From contig OZ024750.1 of NCBI GenBank assembly GCA_964016885.1, forward strand, positions 39,680,001 to 39,744,000: a stretch of 64,000 bases of DNA. The letters are read 5' to 3'. The notes beneath the pieces were generated by a model, which worked only from the letters and a program-made list of their open reading frames with translations, had not been told where the DNA came from and did not search any database. This document shows positions 35,401-47,804 of the stretch, in pieces. Source of the DNA: Eledone cirrhosa. Its lineage: Eukaryota. The position numbers and the translations under genes were made by a program. The stretch's first letter is position 1. Every line of letters begins with the position of its first letter.

Positions 35401-38400
35401 GGCAGTGTCTTTTGATAGTAGTTAGTAGTCCAATAGGCAGTGTCTTTTGATAGTAGTTAGTAGTCCAATAGACAATGTCTTTTGATAGTAACTAGTAGTC
35501 CAATAGGCAATGTCTTTTGATAGTAGCTAGTAGTCCAATAGGCAATGTCTTTTGATAGTAGCTAGTAGTCCAATAGGCAGTGTCTTTTTATAGTAACTAG
35601 TAGTCCAGTAGGCTGTCTTTTGATAGTAGCTAGTAGTTCAATAGGCAGTGTCTTTTGATAGTAGCTAGTAGTTCAATAGGCAGTGTCTTTTGATAGTAGT
35701 TAGTAGTCCAATAGGCAGTGTCTTTTGATAGTAGTTAGTAGTCCAATAGACAATGTCTTTTGATAGTAACTAGTAGTCCAATAGGCGGTGTCTTTTGATA
35801 GTAGCTAGTAGTCCAATAGGCGGTGTCTTTTGATAGTAGCTAGTAGTCCAATAGGCAATGTCTTTTGATAGTAGCTAGTAGTCCAATAGGCAATGTCTTT
35901 TGATAGTAGTTAGTAGTCCAATAGACAATGTCTTTTGATAGTAACTAGTAGTCCAATAGGCGGTGTCTTTTGATAGTAGCTAGTAGTCCAATAGGCGGTG
36001 TCTTTTGATAGTAGCTAGTAGTCCTATAGGCAATGTCTTTTGATAGTAGCTAGTAGTCCAATAGGCAATGTCTTTTGATAGTAGTTAGTAGTCCAATAGG
36101 CAGTGTCTTTTGATAGTAGTTAGTAGTCCAATAGGCAGTGTCTTTTGATAGTAGTTAGTAGTCCAATAGACAATGTCTTTTGATAGTAACTAGTAGTCCA
36201 ATAGGCAATGTCTTTTGATAGTAGCTAGTAGTCCAATAGGCAATGTCTTTTGATAGTAGCTAGTAGTCCAATAGGCAGTGTCTTTTTATAGTAACTAGTA
36301 GTCCAATAGGCTGTCTTTTGATAGTAGCTAGTAGTTCAATAGGCAGTGTCTTTTGATAGTAGCTAGTAGTTCAATAGGCAGTGTCTTTTGATAGTAGCTA
36401 GTAGTCCAATAGGCAATGTCTTTTGATAGTAACTAGTAGTCCAATAGGCAATGTCTTTTGATAGTAACTAGTAGTCCAATAGGCGGTGTCTTTTGATAGT
36501 AGCTAGTAGTCCAATAGGCGGTGTCTTTTGATAGTAGCTAGTAGTCCAATAGGCAATGTCTTTTGATAGTAGCTAGTAGTCCAATAGGCAATGTCTTTTG
36601 ATAGTAGCTAGTAGTCCAATAGGCAATGTCTTTTGATAGTAGCTAGTAGTCCTATAGGCAATGTCTTTTGATAGTAGCTAGTAGTCCAATAGGCAATGTC
36701 TTTTGATAGTAACTAGTAGTCCAATAGGCAGTGTCCTTTGATAGTAGCTAGTAGTTCAATAGGCAGTGTCTTTTGATAGTAGTTAGTAGTCCAATAGGCA
36801 GTGTCTTTTGATAGTAGTTAGTAGTCCAATAGGCAATGTCTTTTGATAGTAGTTAGTAGTCCAATAGACAATGTCTTTTGATAGTAGCTAGTAGTCCAAT
36901 AGGCAATGTCTTTTGATAGAAGCTAGTAGTCCAATAGGCAATGTCTTTTGATAGTAGCGAGTAGTCCAATAGGCAATGTCTTTTGATAGTAACTAGTAGT
37001 CCAATAGGCAGTGTCTTTTTATAGTAACTAGTAGTCCAATAGGCAATGTCTTTTGATAGTAAGTAGTAGTCCTATAGGCAGTGTCTTTTGATAGTAACTA
37101 GTAGTCCAATAGGCAATGTCTTTTGATAGTAACTAGTAGTCCAATAGGCAATGTCTTTTGATAGTAGCTAGTAGTCCAATAGGCAGTGTCTTTTGATAGT
37201 AGTTAGTAGTCCAATAGGCAGTGTCTTTTGATAGTAGTTAGTAGTCCAATAGGCAATGTCTTTTGATAGTAAGTAGTAGTCCTATAGGCAGTGTCTTTTG
37301 ATAGTAGCTAGTAGTCCTATAGGCAATGTCTTTTGATAGTAGCTAGTAGTCCAATAGGCAATGCCTTTTGATAGTAGTTAGTAGTCCAATAGGCAATGTC
37401 TTTTGATAGTAACTAGTAGTCCAATAGGCAATGTCTTTTGATAGTAGCTAGTAGTCCAATAGGCAATGTCTTTTGATAGTAGTTAGTAGTCCAATAGGCA
37501 ATGTCTTTTGATAGTAGCTAGTAGTCCAATAGGCAATGTCTTTTGATAGTAGCTAGTAGTCCAATAGGCAATGTCTTTTGATAGTAGCTAGTAGTCCAAT
37601 AGGCAATGTCTTTTGATAGTAGCTAGTAGTCCAATAGGCAGTGTCTTTTTATAGTAACTAGTAGTCCAATAGGCTGTCTTTTGATAGTAGCTAGTAGTTC
37701 AATAGGCAGTGTCTTTTGATAGTAGCTAGTAGTTCAATAGGCAGTGTCTTTTGATAGTAGCTAGTAGTCCAATAGGCAATGTCTTTTGATAGTAACTAGT
37801 AGTCCAATAGGCAATGTCTTTTGATAGTAACTAGTAGTCCAATAGGCGGTGTCTTTTGATAGTAGCTAGTAGTCCAATAGGCGGTGTCTTTTGATAGTAG
37901 CTAGTAGTCCAATAGGCAATGTCTTTTGATAGTAGCTAGTAGTCCAATAGGCAATGTCTTTTGATAGTAGCTAGTAGTCCAATAGGCAATGTCTTTTGAT
38001 AGTAGCTAGTAGTCCAATAGGCAAAATCTTTTGATAGTAACTAGTAGTCCTATAGGCAATGTCTTTTGATAGTAGCTAGTAGTCCTGTAGGCAATGTCTT
38101 TTGATAGTAGCTAGTAGTCCAATAGGCAATGTCTTTTGATAGTAACTAGTAGTCCAATAGGCAATGTCTTTTGATAGTAGCTAGTAGTCCAATAGGCAAT
38201 GTCTTTTGATAGTAGTTAGTAGTCCAATAGGCAATGTCTTTTGATAGTAGTTAGTAGTCCAATAGGCAGTGTCTTTTGATAGTAGTTAGTAGTCCAATAG
38301 ACAATGTCTTTTGATAGTAGCTAGTAGTCCAATAGGCAATGTCTTTTGATAGTAGCTAGTAGTCCAATAGGCAATGTCTTTTGATAGTAGCTAGTAGTCC

Positions 38401-41400
38401 AATAGGCAGTGTCTTTTTATAGTAACTAGTAGTCCAATAGGCAGTGTCTTTTGATAGTAGCTAGTAGTTCAATAGGCAGTGTCTTTTGATAGTAGCTAGT
38501 AGTCCAATAGGCAATGTCTTTTGATAGTAACTAGTAGTCCAATAGGCAATGTCTTTTGATAGTAACTAGTAGTCCTATAGGCGGTGTCTTTTGATAGTAG
38601 CTAGTAGTCCAATAGGCAGTGTCTTTTGATAGTAGCTAGTAGTCCATTAGGCAATGTCTTTTGATAGTAACTAGTAGTCCAATAGGCAGTGTCTTTTTAT
38701 AGTAACTAGTAGTCCAATAGGCAATGTCTTTTGATAGTAACTAGTAGTCCAATAGGCGGTGTCTTTTGATAGTAGCTAGTTGTCCAATAGGCGGTGTCTT
38801 TTGATAGTAGCTAGTAGTCCAATAGGCAATGTCTTTTGATAGTAGCTAGTAGTCCAATAGGCAATGTCTTTTGATAGTAGCTAGTAGTCCAATAGGCAAT
38901 GTCTTTTGATAGTAACTAGTAGTCCAATAGGCAGTGTCTTTTGATAGTAACTAGTAGTCCAATAGGCAGTGTCTTTTGATAGTAACTAGTAGTCCAATAG
39001 GCGGTGTCTTTTGATAGTAGCTAGTAGTCCAATAGGCAGTGTCTTTTTATAGTAACTAGTAGTCCAATAGGCAGTGTCTTTTGATAGTAGCTAGTAGTCC
39101 AATAGGCAGTGTCTTTTGATAGTAACTAGTAGTCCAATAGACAATGTCTTTTGATAGTAACTAGTAGTCCAATAGGCAATGTCTTTTGATAGTAGCTAGT
39201 AGTCCAATAGGCAGTGTCTTTTGATAGTAACTAGTAGTCCAATAGGCAATGTCTTTTGATAGTAACTAGTAGTCCAATAGGCAATGTCTTTTGATAGTAG
39301 CTAGTAGTCCAATAGGCAATGTCTTTTGATAGTAGCGAGTAGTCCAATAGGCAATGTCTTTTGATATTAACTAGTAGTCCAATAGGCAGTGTCTTTTTAT
39401 AGTAGCTAGTAGTTCAATAGGCAGTGTCTTTTGATAGTAGCTAGTAGTCCAATAGGCAATGTCTTTTGATAGTAACTAGTAGTCCAATAGGCAATGTCTT
39501 TTGATAGTAACTAGTAGTCCAATAGGCGGTGTCTTTTGATAGTAGCTAGTAGTCCATTAGGCAATGTCTTTTGATAGTAACTAGTAGTCCAATAGGCAGT
39601 GTCTTTTTATAGTAACTAGTAGTCCAATAGGCAATGTCTTTTGATAGTAAGTAGTAGTCCTATAGGCAGTACTTTTGATAGTAACTAGTAGTCCAATAGG
39701 CAATGTCTTTTGATAGTAGCTAGTAGTCCAATAGGCAATGTCTTTTGATAGTAGCTAGTAGTCCAATAGGCAGTGTCTTGATAGTAGTTAGTAGTCCAAT
39801 AGGCAGTGTCTTTTGATAGTAGTTAGTAGTCCAATAGGCAATGTCTTTTGATAGTAAGTAGTAGTCCTATAGGCAGTGTCTTTTGATAGTAGCTAGTAGT
39901 CCTATAGGCAATGTCTTTTGATAGTAGCTAGTAGTCCAATAGGCAATGTCTTTTGATAGTAGTTAGTAGTCCAATAGGCAATGTCTTTTGATAGTAGCTA
40001 GTAGTCCAATAGGCAATGTCTTTTGATAGTAGTTAGTAGTCCAATAGGCAGTGTCTTTTGATAGTAGTTAGTAGTCCAATAGGCAGTGTCTTTTGATAGT
40101 AGTTAGTAGTCCAATAGACAATGTCTTTTGATAGTAGCTAGTAGTCCAATAGGCAATGTCTTTTGATAGTAGCTAGTAGTCCAATAGGCAGTGTCTTTTT
40201 ATAGTAACTAGTAGTCCAATAGGCAGTGTCTTTTGATAGTAGCTAGTAGTTCAATAGGCAGTGTCTTTTGATAGTAGCTAGTAGTCCAATAGGCAATGTC
40301 TTTTGATAGTAACTAGTAGTCCAATAGGCGATGTCTTTTGATAGTAACTAGTAATCCTATAGGCGGTGTCTTTTGATAGTAGCTAGTAGTCCAATAGGCA
40401 GTGTCTTTTGATAGTAGCTAGTAGTCCATTAGGCAATGTCTTTTGATAGTAACTAGTAGTCCAATAGGCAGTGTCTTTTTATAGTAACTAGTAGTCCAAT
40501 AGGCAATGTCTTTTGATAGTAACTAGTAGTCCAATAGGCGGTGTCTTTTGATAGTAGCTAGTTGTCCAATAGGCGGTGTCTTTTGATAGTAGCTAGTAGT
40601 CCAATAGGCAATGTCTTTTGATAGTAGCTAGTAGTCCAATAGGCAATGTCTTTTGATAGTAGCTAGTAGTCCAATAGGCAGTGTCTTTTGATAGTAACTA
40701 GTAGTCCAATAGGCAATGTCTTTTGATAGTAGCTAGTAGTCCAATAGGCAATGTCTTTTGATAGTAACTAGTAGTCCAATAGGCAGTGTCTTTTTATAGT
40801 AGCTAGTAGTTCAATAGGCAGTGTCTTTTGATAGTAGCTAGTAGTCCAATAGGCAATGTCTTTTGATAGTAACTAGTAGTCCAATAGGCAATGTCATTTG
40901 ATAGTAACTAGTAGTCCAATAGGCGGTGTCTTTTGATAGTAGCTAGTAGTCCAATAGGCAGTGTCTTTTGATAGTAGCTAGTAGTCCATTAGGCAATGTC
41001 TTTTGATAGTAACTAGTAGTCCAATAGGCAGTGTCTTTTTATAGTAACTAGTAGTCCAATAGGCAATGTCTTTTGATAGTAAGTAGTAGTCCTATAGGCA
41101 GTGTCTTTTGATAGTAACTAGTAGTCCAATAGGCAATGTCTTTTGATAGTAGCTAGTAGTCCAATAGGCAATGTCTTTTGATAGTAGCTTGTAGTCCAAT
41201 AGGCAGTGTCTTTTGATAGTAGTTAGTAGTCCAATAGGCAGTGTCTTTTGATAGTAGTTAGTAGTCCAATAGGCAATGTCTTTTGATAGTAAGTAGTAGT
41301 CCTATAGGCAGTGTCTTTTGATAGTAGCTAGTAGTCCTATAGGCAATGTCTTTTGATAGTAGCTAGTAGTCCAATAGGCAATGCCTTTTGATAGTAGTTA

Positions 41401-44400
41401 GTAGTCCAATAGGCAATGTCTTTTGATAGTAACTAGTAGTCCAATAGGCAATGTCTTTTGATAGTAGCTAGTAGTCCAATAGGCAATGTCTTTTGATAGT
41501 AGGTAGTAGTCCAATAGGCAATGTCTTTTGATAGTAGCTAGTAGTCCAATAGGCAATGTCTTTTGATAGTAGCTAGTAGTCCAATAGGCAATGTCTTTTG
41601 ATAGTAGCTAGTAGTCCAATAGGCAATGTCTTTTGATAGTAGCTAGTAGTCCAATAGGCAGTGTCTTTTTATAGTAACTAGTAGTCCAATAGGCTGTCTT
41701 TTGATAGTAGCTAGTAGTTCAATAGGCAGTGTCTTTTGATAGTAGCTAGTAGTTCAATAGGCAGTGTCTTTTGATAGTAGCTAGTAGTCCAATAGGCAAT
41801 GTCTTTTGATAGTAACTAGTAGTCCAATAGGCAATGTCTTTTGATAGTAACTAGTAGTCCAATAGGCGGTGTCTTTTGATAGTAGCTAGTAGTCCAATAG
41901 GCGGTGTCTTTTGATAGTAGCTAGTAGTCCAATAGGCAATGTCTTTTGATAGTAGCTAGTAGTCCAATAGGCAATGTCTTTTGATAGTAGCTAGTAGTCC
42001 AATAGGCAATGTCTTTTGATAGTAGCTAGTAGTCCAATAGGCAAAATCTTTTGATAGTAACTAGTAGTCCTATAGGCAATGTCTTTTGATAGTAGCTAGT
42101 AGTCCTGTAGGCAATGTCTTTTGATAGTAGCTAGTAGTCCAATAGGCAATGTCTTTTGATAGTAACTAGTAGTCCAATAGGCAATGTCTTTTGATAGTAG
42201 CTAGTAGTCCAATAGGCAATGTCTTTTGATAGTAGTTAGTAGTCCAATAGGCAATGTCTTTTGATAGTAGTTAGTAGTCCAATAGGCAGTGTCTTTTGAT
42301 AGTAGTTAGTAGTCCAATAGACAATGTCTTTTGATAGTAGCTAGTAGTCCAATAGGCAATGTCTTTTGATAGTAGCTAGTAGTCCAATAGGCAGTGTCTT
42401 TTTATAGTAACTAGTAGTCCAATAGGCAGTGTCTTTTGATAGTAGCTAGTAGTTCAATAGGCAGTGTCTTTTGATAGTAGCTAGTAGTCCAATAGGCAAT
42501 GTCTTTTGATAGTAACTAGTAGTCCAATAGGCAATGTCTTTTGATAGTAACTAGTAGTCCTATAGGCGGTGTCTTTTGATAGTAGCTAGTAGTCCAATAG
42601 GCAGTGTCTTTTGATAGTAGCTAGTAGTCCATTAGGCAGTGTCTTTTGATAGTAGTTAGTAGTCCAATAGGCAGTGTCTTTTGATAGTAAGTAGTAGTTC
42701 AATAGGCAGTGTCTTTTGATAGTAGCTAGTAGTCCAATAGGCAATGTCTTTTGATAGTAACTAGTAGTCCAATAGGCAATGTCTTTTGATAGTAACTAGT
42801 AGTCCAATAGGCGGTGTCTTTTGATAGTAGCTAGTAGTCCAATAGGCGGTGTCTTTTGATAGTAGCTAGTAGTCCAATAGGCAATGTCTTTTGATAGTAG
42901 CTAGTAGTCCAATAGGCAATGTCTTTTGATAGTAGTTAGTAGTCCAATAGACAATGTCTTTTGATAGTAGCTAGTAGTCCAATAGGCAATGTCTTTTGAT
43001 AGTAGCTAGTAGTCCTATAGGCAATGTCTTTTGATAGTAGCTAGTAGTCCAATAGGCAATGTCTTTTGATAGTAGTTAGTAGTCCAATAGGCAGTGTCTT
43101 TTGATAGTAGTTAGTAGTCCAATAGGCAGTGTCTTTTGATAGTAGTTAGTAGTCCAATAGACAATGTCTTTTGATAGTAACTAGTAGTCCAATAGGCAAT
43201 GTCTTTTGATAGTAGCTAGTAGTCCAATAGGCAATGTCTTTTGATAGTAGCTAGTAGTCCAATAGGCAGTGTCTTTTTATAGTAACTAGTAGTCCAGTAG
43301 GCTGTCTTTTGATAGTAGCTAGTAGTTCAATAGGCAGTGTCTTTTGATAGTAGCTAGTAGTTCAATAGGCAGTGTCTTTTGATAGTAGTTAGTAGTCCAA
43401 TAGGCAGTGTCTTTTGATAGTAGTTAGTAGTCCAATAGACAATGTCTTTTGATAGTAACTAGTAGTCCAATAGGCGGTGTCTTTTGATAGTAGCTAGTAG
43501 TCCAATAGGCGGTGTCTTTTGATAGTAGCTAGTAGTCCAATAGGCAATGTCTTTTGATAGTAGCTAGTAGTCCAATAGGCAATGTCTTTTGATAGTAGTT
43601 AGTAGTCCAATAGACAATGTCTTTTGATAGTAACTAGTAGTCCAATAGGCGGTGTCTTTTGATAGTAGCTAGTAGTCCAATAGGCGGTGTCTTTTGATAG
43701 TAGCTAGTAGTCCTATAGGCAATGTCTTTTGATAGTAGCTAGTAGTCCAATAGGCAATGTCTTTTGATAGTAGTTAGTAGTCCAATAGGCAGTGTCTTTT
43801 GATAGTAGTTAGTAGTCCAATAGGCAGTGTCTTTTGATAGTAGTTAGTAGTCCAATAGACAATGTCTTTTGATAGTAACTAGTAGTCCAATAGGCAATGT
43901 CTTTTGATAGTAGCTAGTAGTCCAATAGGCAATGTCTTTTGATAGTAGCTAGTAGTCCAATAGGCAGTGTCTTTTTATAGTAACTAGTAGTCCAATAGGC
44001 TGTCTTTTGATAGTAGCTAGTAGTTCAATAGGCAGTGTCTTTTGATAGTAGCTAGTAGTTCAATAGGCAGTGTCTTTTGATAGTAGCTAGTAGTCCAATA
44101 GGCAATGTCTTTTGATAGTAACTAGTAGTCCAATAGGCAATGTCTTTTGATAGTAACTAGTAGTCCAATAGGCGGTGTCTTTTGATAGTAGCTAGTAGTC
44201 CAATAGGCGGTGTCTTTTGATAGTAGCTAGTAGTCCAATAGGCAATGTCTTTTGATAGTAGCTAGTAGTCCAATAGGCAATGTCTTTTGATAGTAGCTAG
44301 TAGTCCAATAGGCAATGTCTTTTGATAGTAGCTAGTAGTCCTATAGGCAATGTCTTTTGATAGTAGCTAGTAGTCCAATAGGCAATGTCTTTTGATAGTA

Positions 44401-47400
44401 ACTAGTAGTCCAATAGGCAGTGTCCTTTGATAGTAGCTAGTAGTTCAATAGGCAGTGTCTTTTGATAGTAGTTAGTAGTCCAATAGGCAGTGTCTTTTGA
44501 TAGTAGTTAGTAGTCCAATAGGCAATGTCTTTTGATAGTAGTTAGTAGTCCAATAGACAATGTCTTTTGATAGTAGCTAGTAGTCCAATAGGCAATGTCT
44601 TTTGATAGAAGCTAGTAGTCCAATAGGCAATGTCTTTTGATAGTAGCGAGTAGTCCAATAGGCAATGTCTTTTGATAGTAACTAGTAGTCCAATAGGCAG
44701 TGTCTTTTTATAGTAACTAGTAGTCCAATAGGCAATGTCTTTTGATAGTAAGTAGTAGTCCTATAGGCAGTGTCTTTTGATAGTAACTAGTAGTCCAATA
44801 GGCAATGTCTTTTGATAGTAACTAGTAGTCCAATAGGCAATGTCTTTTGATAGTAGCTAGTAGTCCAATAGGCAGTGTCTTTTGATAGTAGTTAGTAGTC
44901 CAATAGGCAGTGTCTTTTGATAGTAGTTAGTAGTCCAATAGGCAATGTCTTTTGATAGTAAGTAGTAGTCCTATAGGCAGTGTCTTTTGATAGTAGCTAG
45001 TAGTCCTATAGGCAATGTCTTTTGATAGTAGCTAGTAGTCCAATAGGCAATGCCTTTTGATAGTAGTTAGTAGTCCAATAGGCAATGTCTTTTGATAGTA
45101 ACTAGTAGTCCAATAGGCAATGTCTTTTGATAGTAGCTAGTAGTCCAATAGGCAATGTCTTTTGATAGTAGTTAGTAGTCCAATAGGCAATGTCTTTTGA
45201 TAGTAGCTAGTAGTCCAATAGGCAATGTCTTTTGATAGTAGCTAGTAGTCCAATAGGCAATGTCTTTTGATAGTAGCTAGTAGTCCAATAGGCAATGTCT
45301 TTTGATAGTAGCTAGTAGTCCAATAGGCAGTGTCTTTTTATAGTAACTAGTAGTCCAATAGGCTGTCTTTTGATAGTAGCTAGTAGTTCAATAGGCAGTG
45401 TCTTTTGATAGTAGCTAGTAGTTCAATAGGCAGTGTCTTTTGATAGTAGCTAGTAGTCCAATAGGCAATGTCTTTTGATAGTAACTAGTAGTCCAATAGG
45501 CAATGTCTTTTGATAGTAACTAGTAGTCCAATAGGCGGTGTCTTTTGATAGTAGCTAGTAGTCCAATAGGCGGTGTCTTTTGATAGTAGCTAGTAGTCCA
45601 ATAGGCAATGTCTTTTGATAGTAGCTAGTAGTCCAATAGGCAATGTCTTTTGATAGTAGCTAGTAGTCCAATAGGCAATGTCTTTTGATAGTAGCTAGTA
45701 GTCCAATAGGCAAAATCTTTTGATAGTAACTAGTAGTCCTATAGGCAATGTCTTTTGATAGTAGCTAGTAGTCCTGTAGGCAATGTCTTTTGATAGTAGC
45801 TAGTAGTCCAATAGGCAATGTCTTTTGATAGTAACTAGTAGTCCAATAGGCAATGTCTTTTGATAGTAGCTAGTAGTCCAATAGGCAATGTCTTTTGATA
45901 GTAGTTAGTAGTCCAATAGGCAATGTCTTTTGATAGTAGTTAGTAGTCCAATAGGCAGTGTCTTTTGATAGTAGTTAGTAGTCCAATAGACAATGTCTTT
46001 TGATAGTAGCTACTAGTCCAATAGGCAATGTCTTTTGATAGTAGCTAGTAGTCCAATAGGCAATGTCTTTTGATAGTAGCTAGTAGTCCAATAGGCAGTG
46101 TCTTTTTATAGTAACTAGTAGTCCAATAGGCAGTGTCTTTTGATAGTAGCTAGTAGTTCAATAGGCAGTGTCTTTTGATAGTAGCTAGTAGTCCAATAGG
46201 CAATGTCTTTTGATAGTAACTAGTAGTCCAATAGGCAATGTCTTTTGATAGTAACTAGTAGTCCTATAGGCGGTGTCTTTTGATAGTAGCTAGTAGTCCA
46301 ATAGGCAGTGTCTTTTGATAGTAGCTAGTAGTCCATTAGGCAATGTCTTTTGATAGTAACTAGTAGTCCAATAGGCAGTGTCTTTTTATAGTAACTAGTA
46401 GTCCAATAGGCAATGTCTTTTGATAGTAACTAGTAGTCCAATAGGCGGTGTCTTTTGATAGTAGCTAGTTGTCCAATAGGCGGTGTCTTTTGATAGTAGC
46501 TAGTAGTCCAATAGGCAATGTCTTTTGATAGTAGCTAGTAGTCCAATAGGCAATGTCTTTTGATAGTAGCTAGTAGTCCAATAGGCAATGTCTTTTGATA
46601 GTAACTAGTAGTCCAATAGGCAGTGTCTTTTGATAGTAACTAGTAGTCCAATAGGCAGTGTCTTTTGATAGTAACTAGTAGTCCAATAGGCGGTGTCTTT
46701 TGATAGTAGCTAGTAGTCCAATAGGCAGTGTCTTTTTATAGTAACTAGTAGTCCAATAGGCAGTGTCTTTTGATAGTAGCTAGTAGTCCAATAGGCAGTG
46801 TCTTTTGATAGTAACTAGTAGTCCAATAGACAATGTCTTTTGATAGTAACTAGTAGTCCAATAGGCAATGTCTTTTGATAGTAGCTAGTAGTCCAATAGG
46901 CAGTGTCTTTTGATAGTAACTAGTAGTCCAATAGGCAATGTCTTTTGATAGTAACTAGTAGTCCAATAGGCAATGTCTTTTGATAGTAGCTAGTAGTCCA
47001 ATAGGCAATGTCTTTTGATAGTAGCGAGTAGTCCAATAGGCAATGTCTTTTGATATTAACTAGTAGTCCAATAGGCAGTGTCTTTTTATAGTAGCTAGTA
47101 GTTCAATAGGCAGTGTCTTTTGATAGTAGCTAGTAGTCCAATAGGCAATGTCTTTTGATAGTAACTAGTAGTCCAATAGGCAATGTCTTTTGATAGTAAC
47201 TAGTAGTCCAATAGGCGGTGTCTTTTGATAGTAGCTAGTAGTCCATTAGGCAATGTCTTTTGATAGTAACTAGTAGTCCAATAGGCAGTGTCTTTTTATA
47301 GTAACTAGTAGTCCAATAGGCAATGTCTTTTGATAGTAAGTAGTAGTCCTATAGGCAGTACTTTTGATAGTAACTAGTAGTCCAATAGGCAATGTCTTTT

Positions 47401-47804
47401 GATAGTAGCTAGTAGTCCAATAGGCAATGTCTTTTGATAGTAGCTAGTAGTCCAATAGGCAGTGTCTTGATAGTAGTTAGTAGTCCAATAGGCAGTGTCT
47501 TTTGATAGTAGTTAGTAGTCCAATAGGCAATGTCTTTTGATAGTAAGTAGTAGTCCTATAGGCAGTGTCTTTTGATAGTAGCTAGTAGTCCTATAGGCAA
47601 TGTCTTTTGATAGTAGCTAGTAGTCCAATAGGCAATGTCTTTTGATAGTAGTTAGTAGTCCAATAGGCAATGTCTTTTGATAGTAGCTAGTAGTCCAATA
47701 GGCAATGTCTTTTGATAGTAGTTAGTAGTCCAATAGGCAGTGTCTTTTGATAGTAGTTAGTAGTCCAATAGGCAGTGTCTTTTGATAGTAGTTAGTAGTC
47801 CAAT
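32427..47804. repeat. 7,689-bp (220-monomer) tandem duplication within the satellite
   Basis: Rare variants recur at a constant offset of 7689: 32638/40327, 33498/41187, 33811/41500, 34351/42040, 35605/43294, 36731/44420, 38020/45709, 39363/47052, 39665/47354. Confidence 0.93.
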
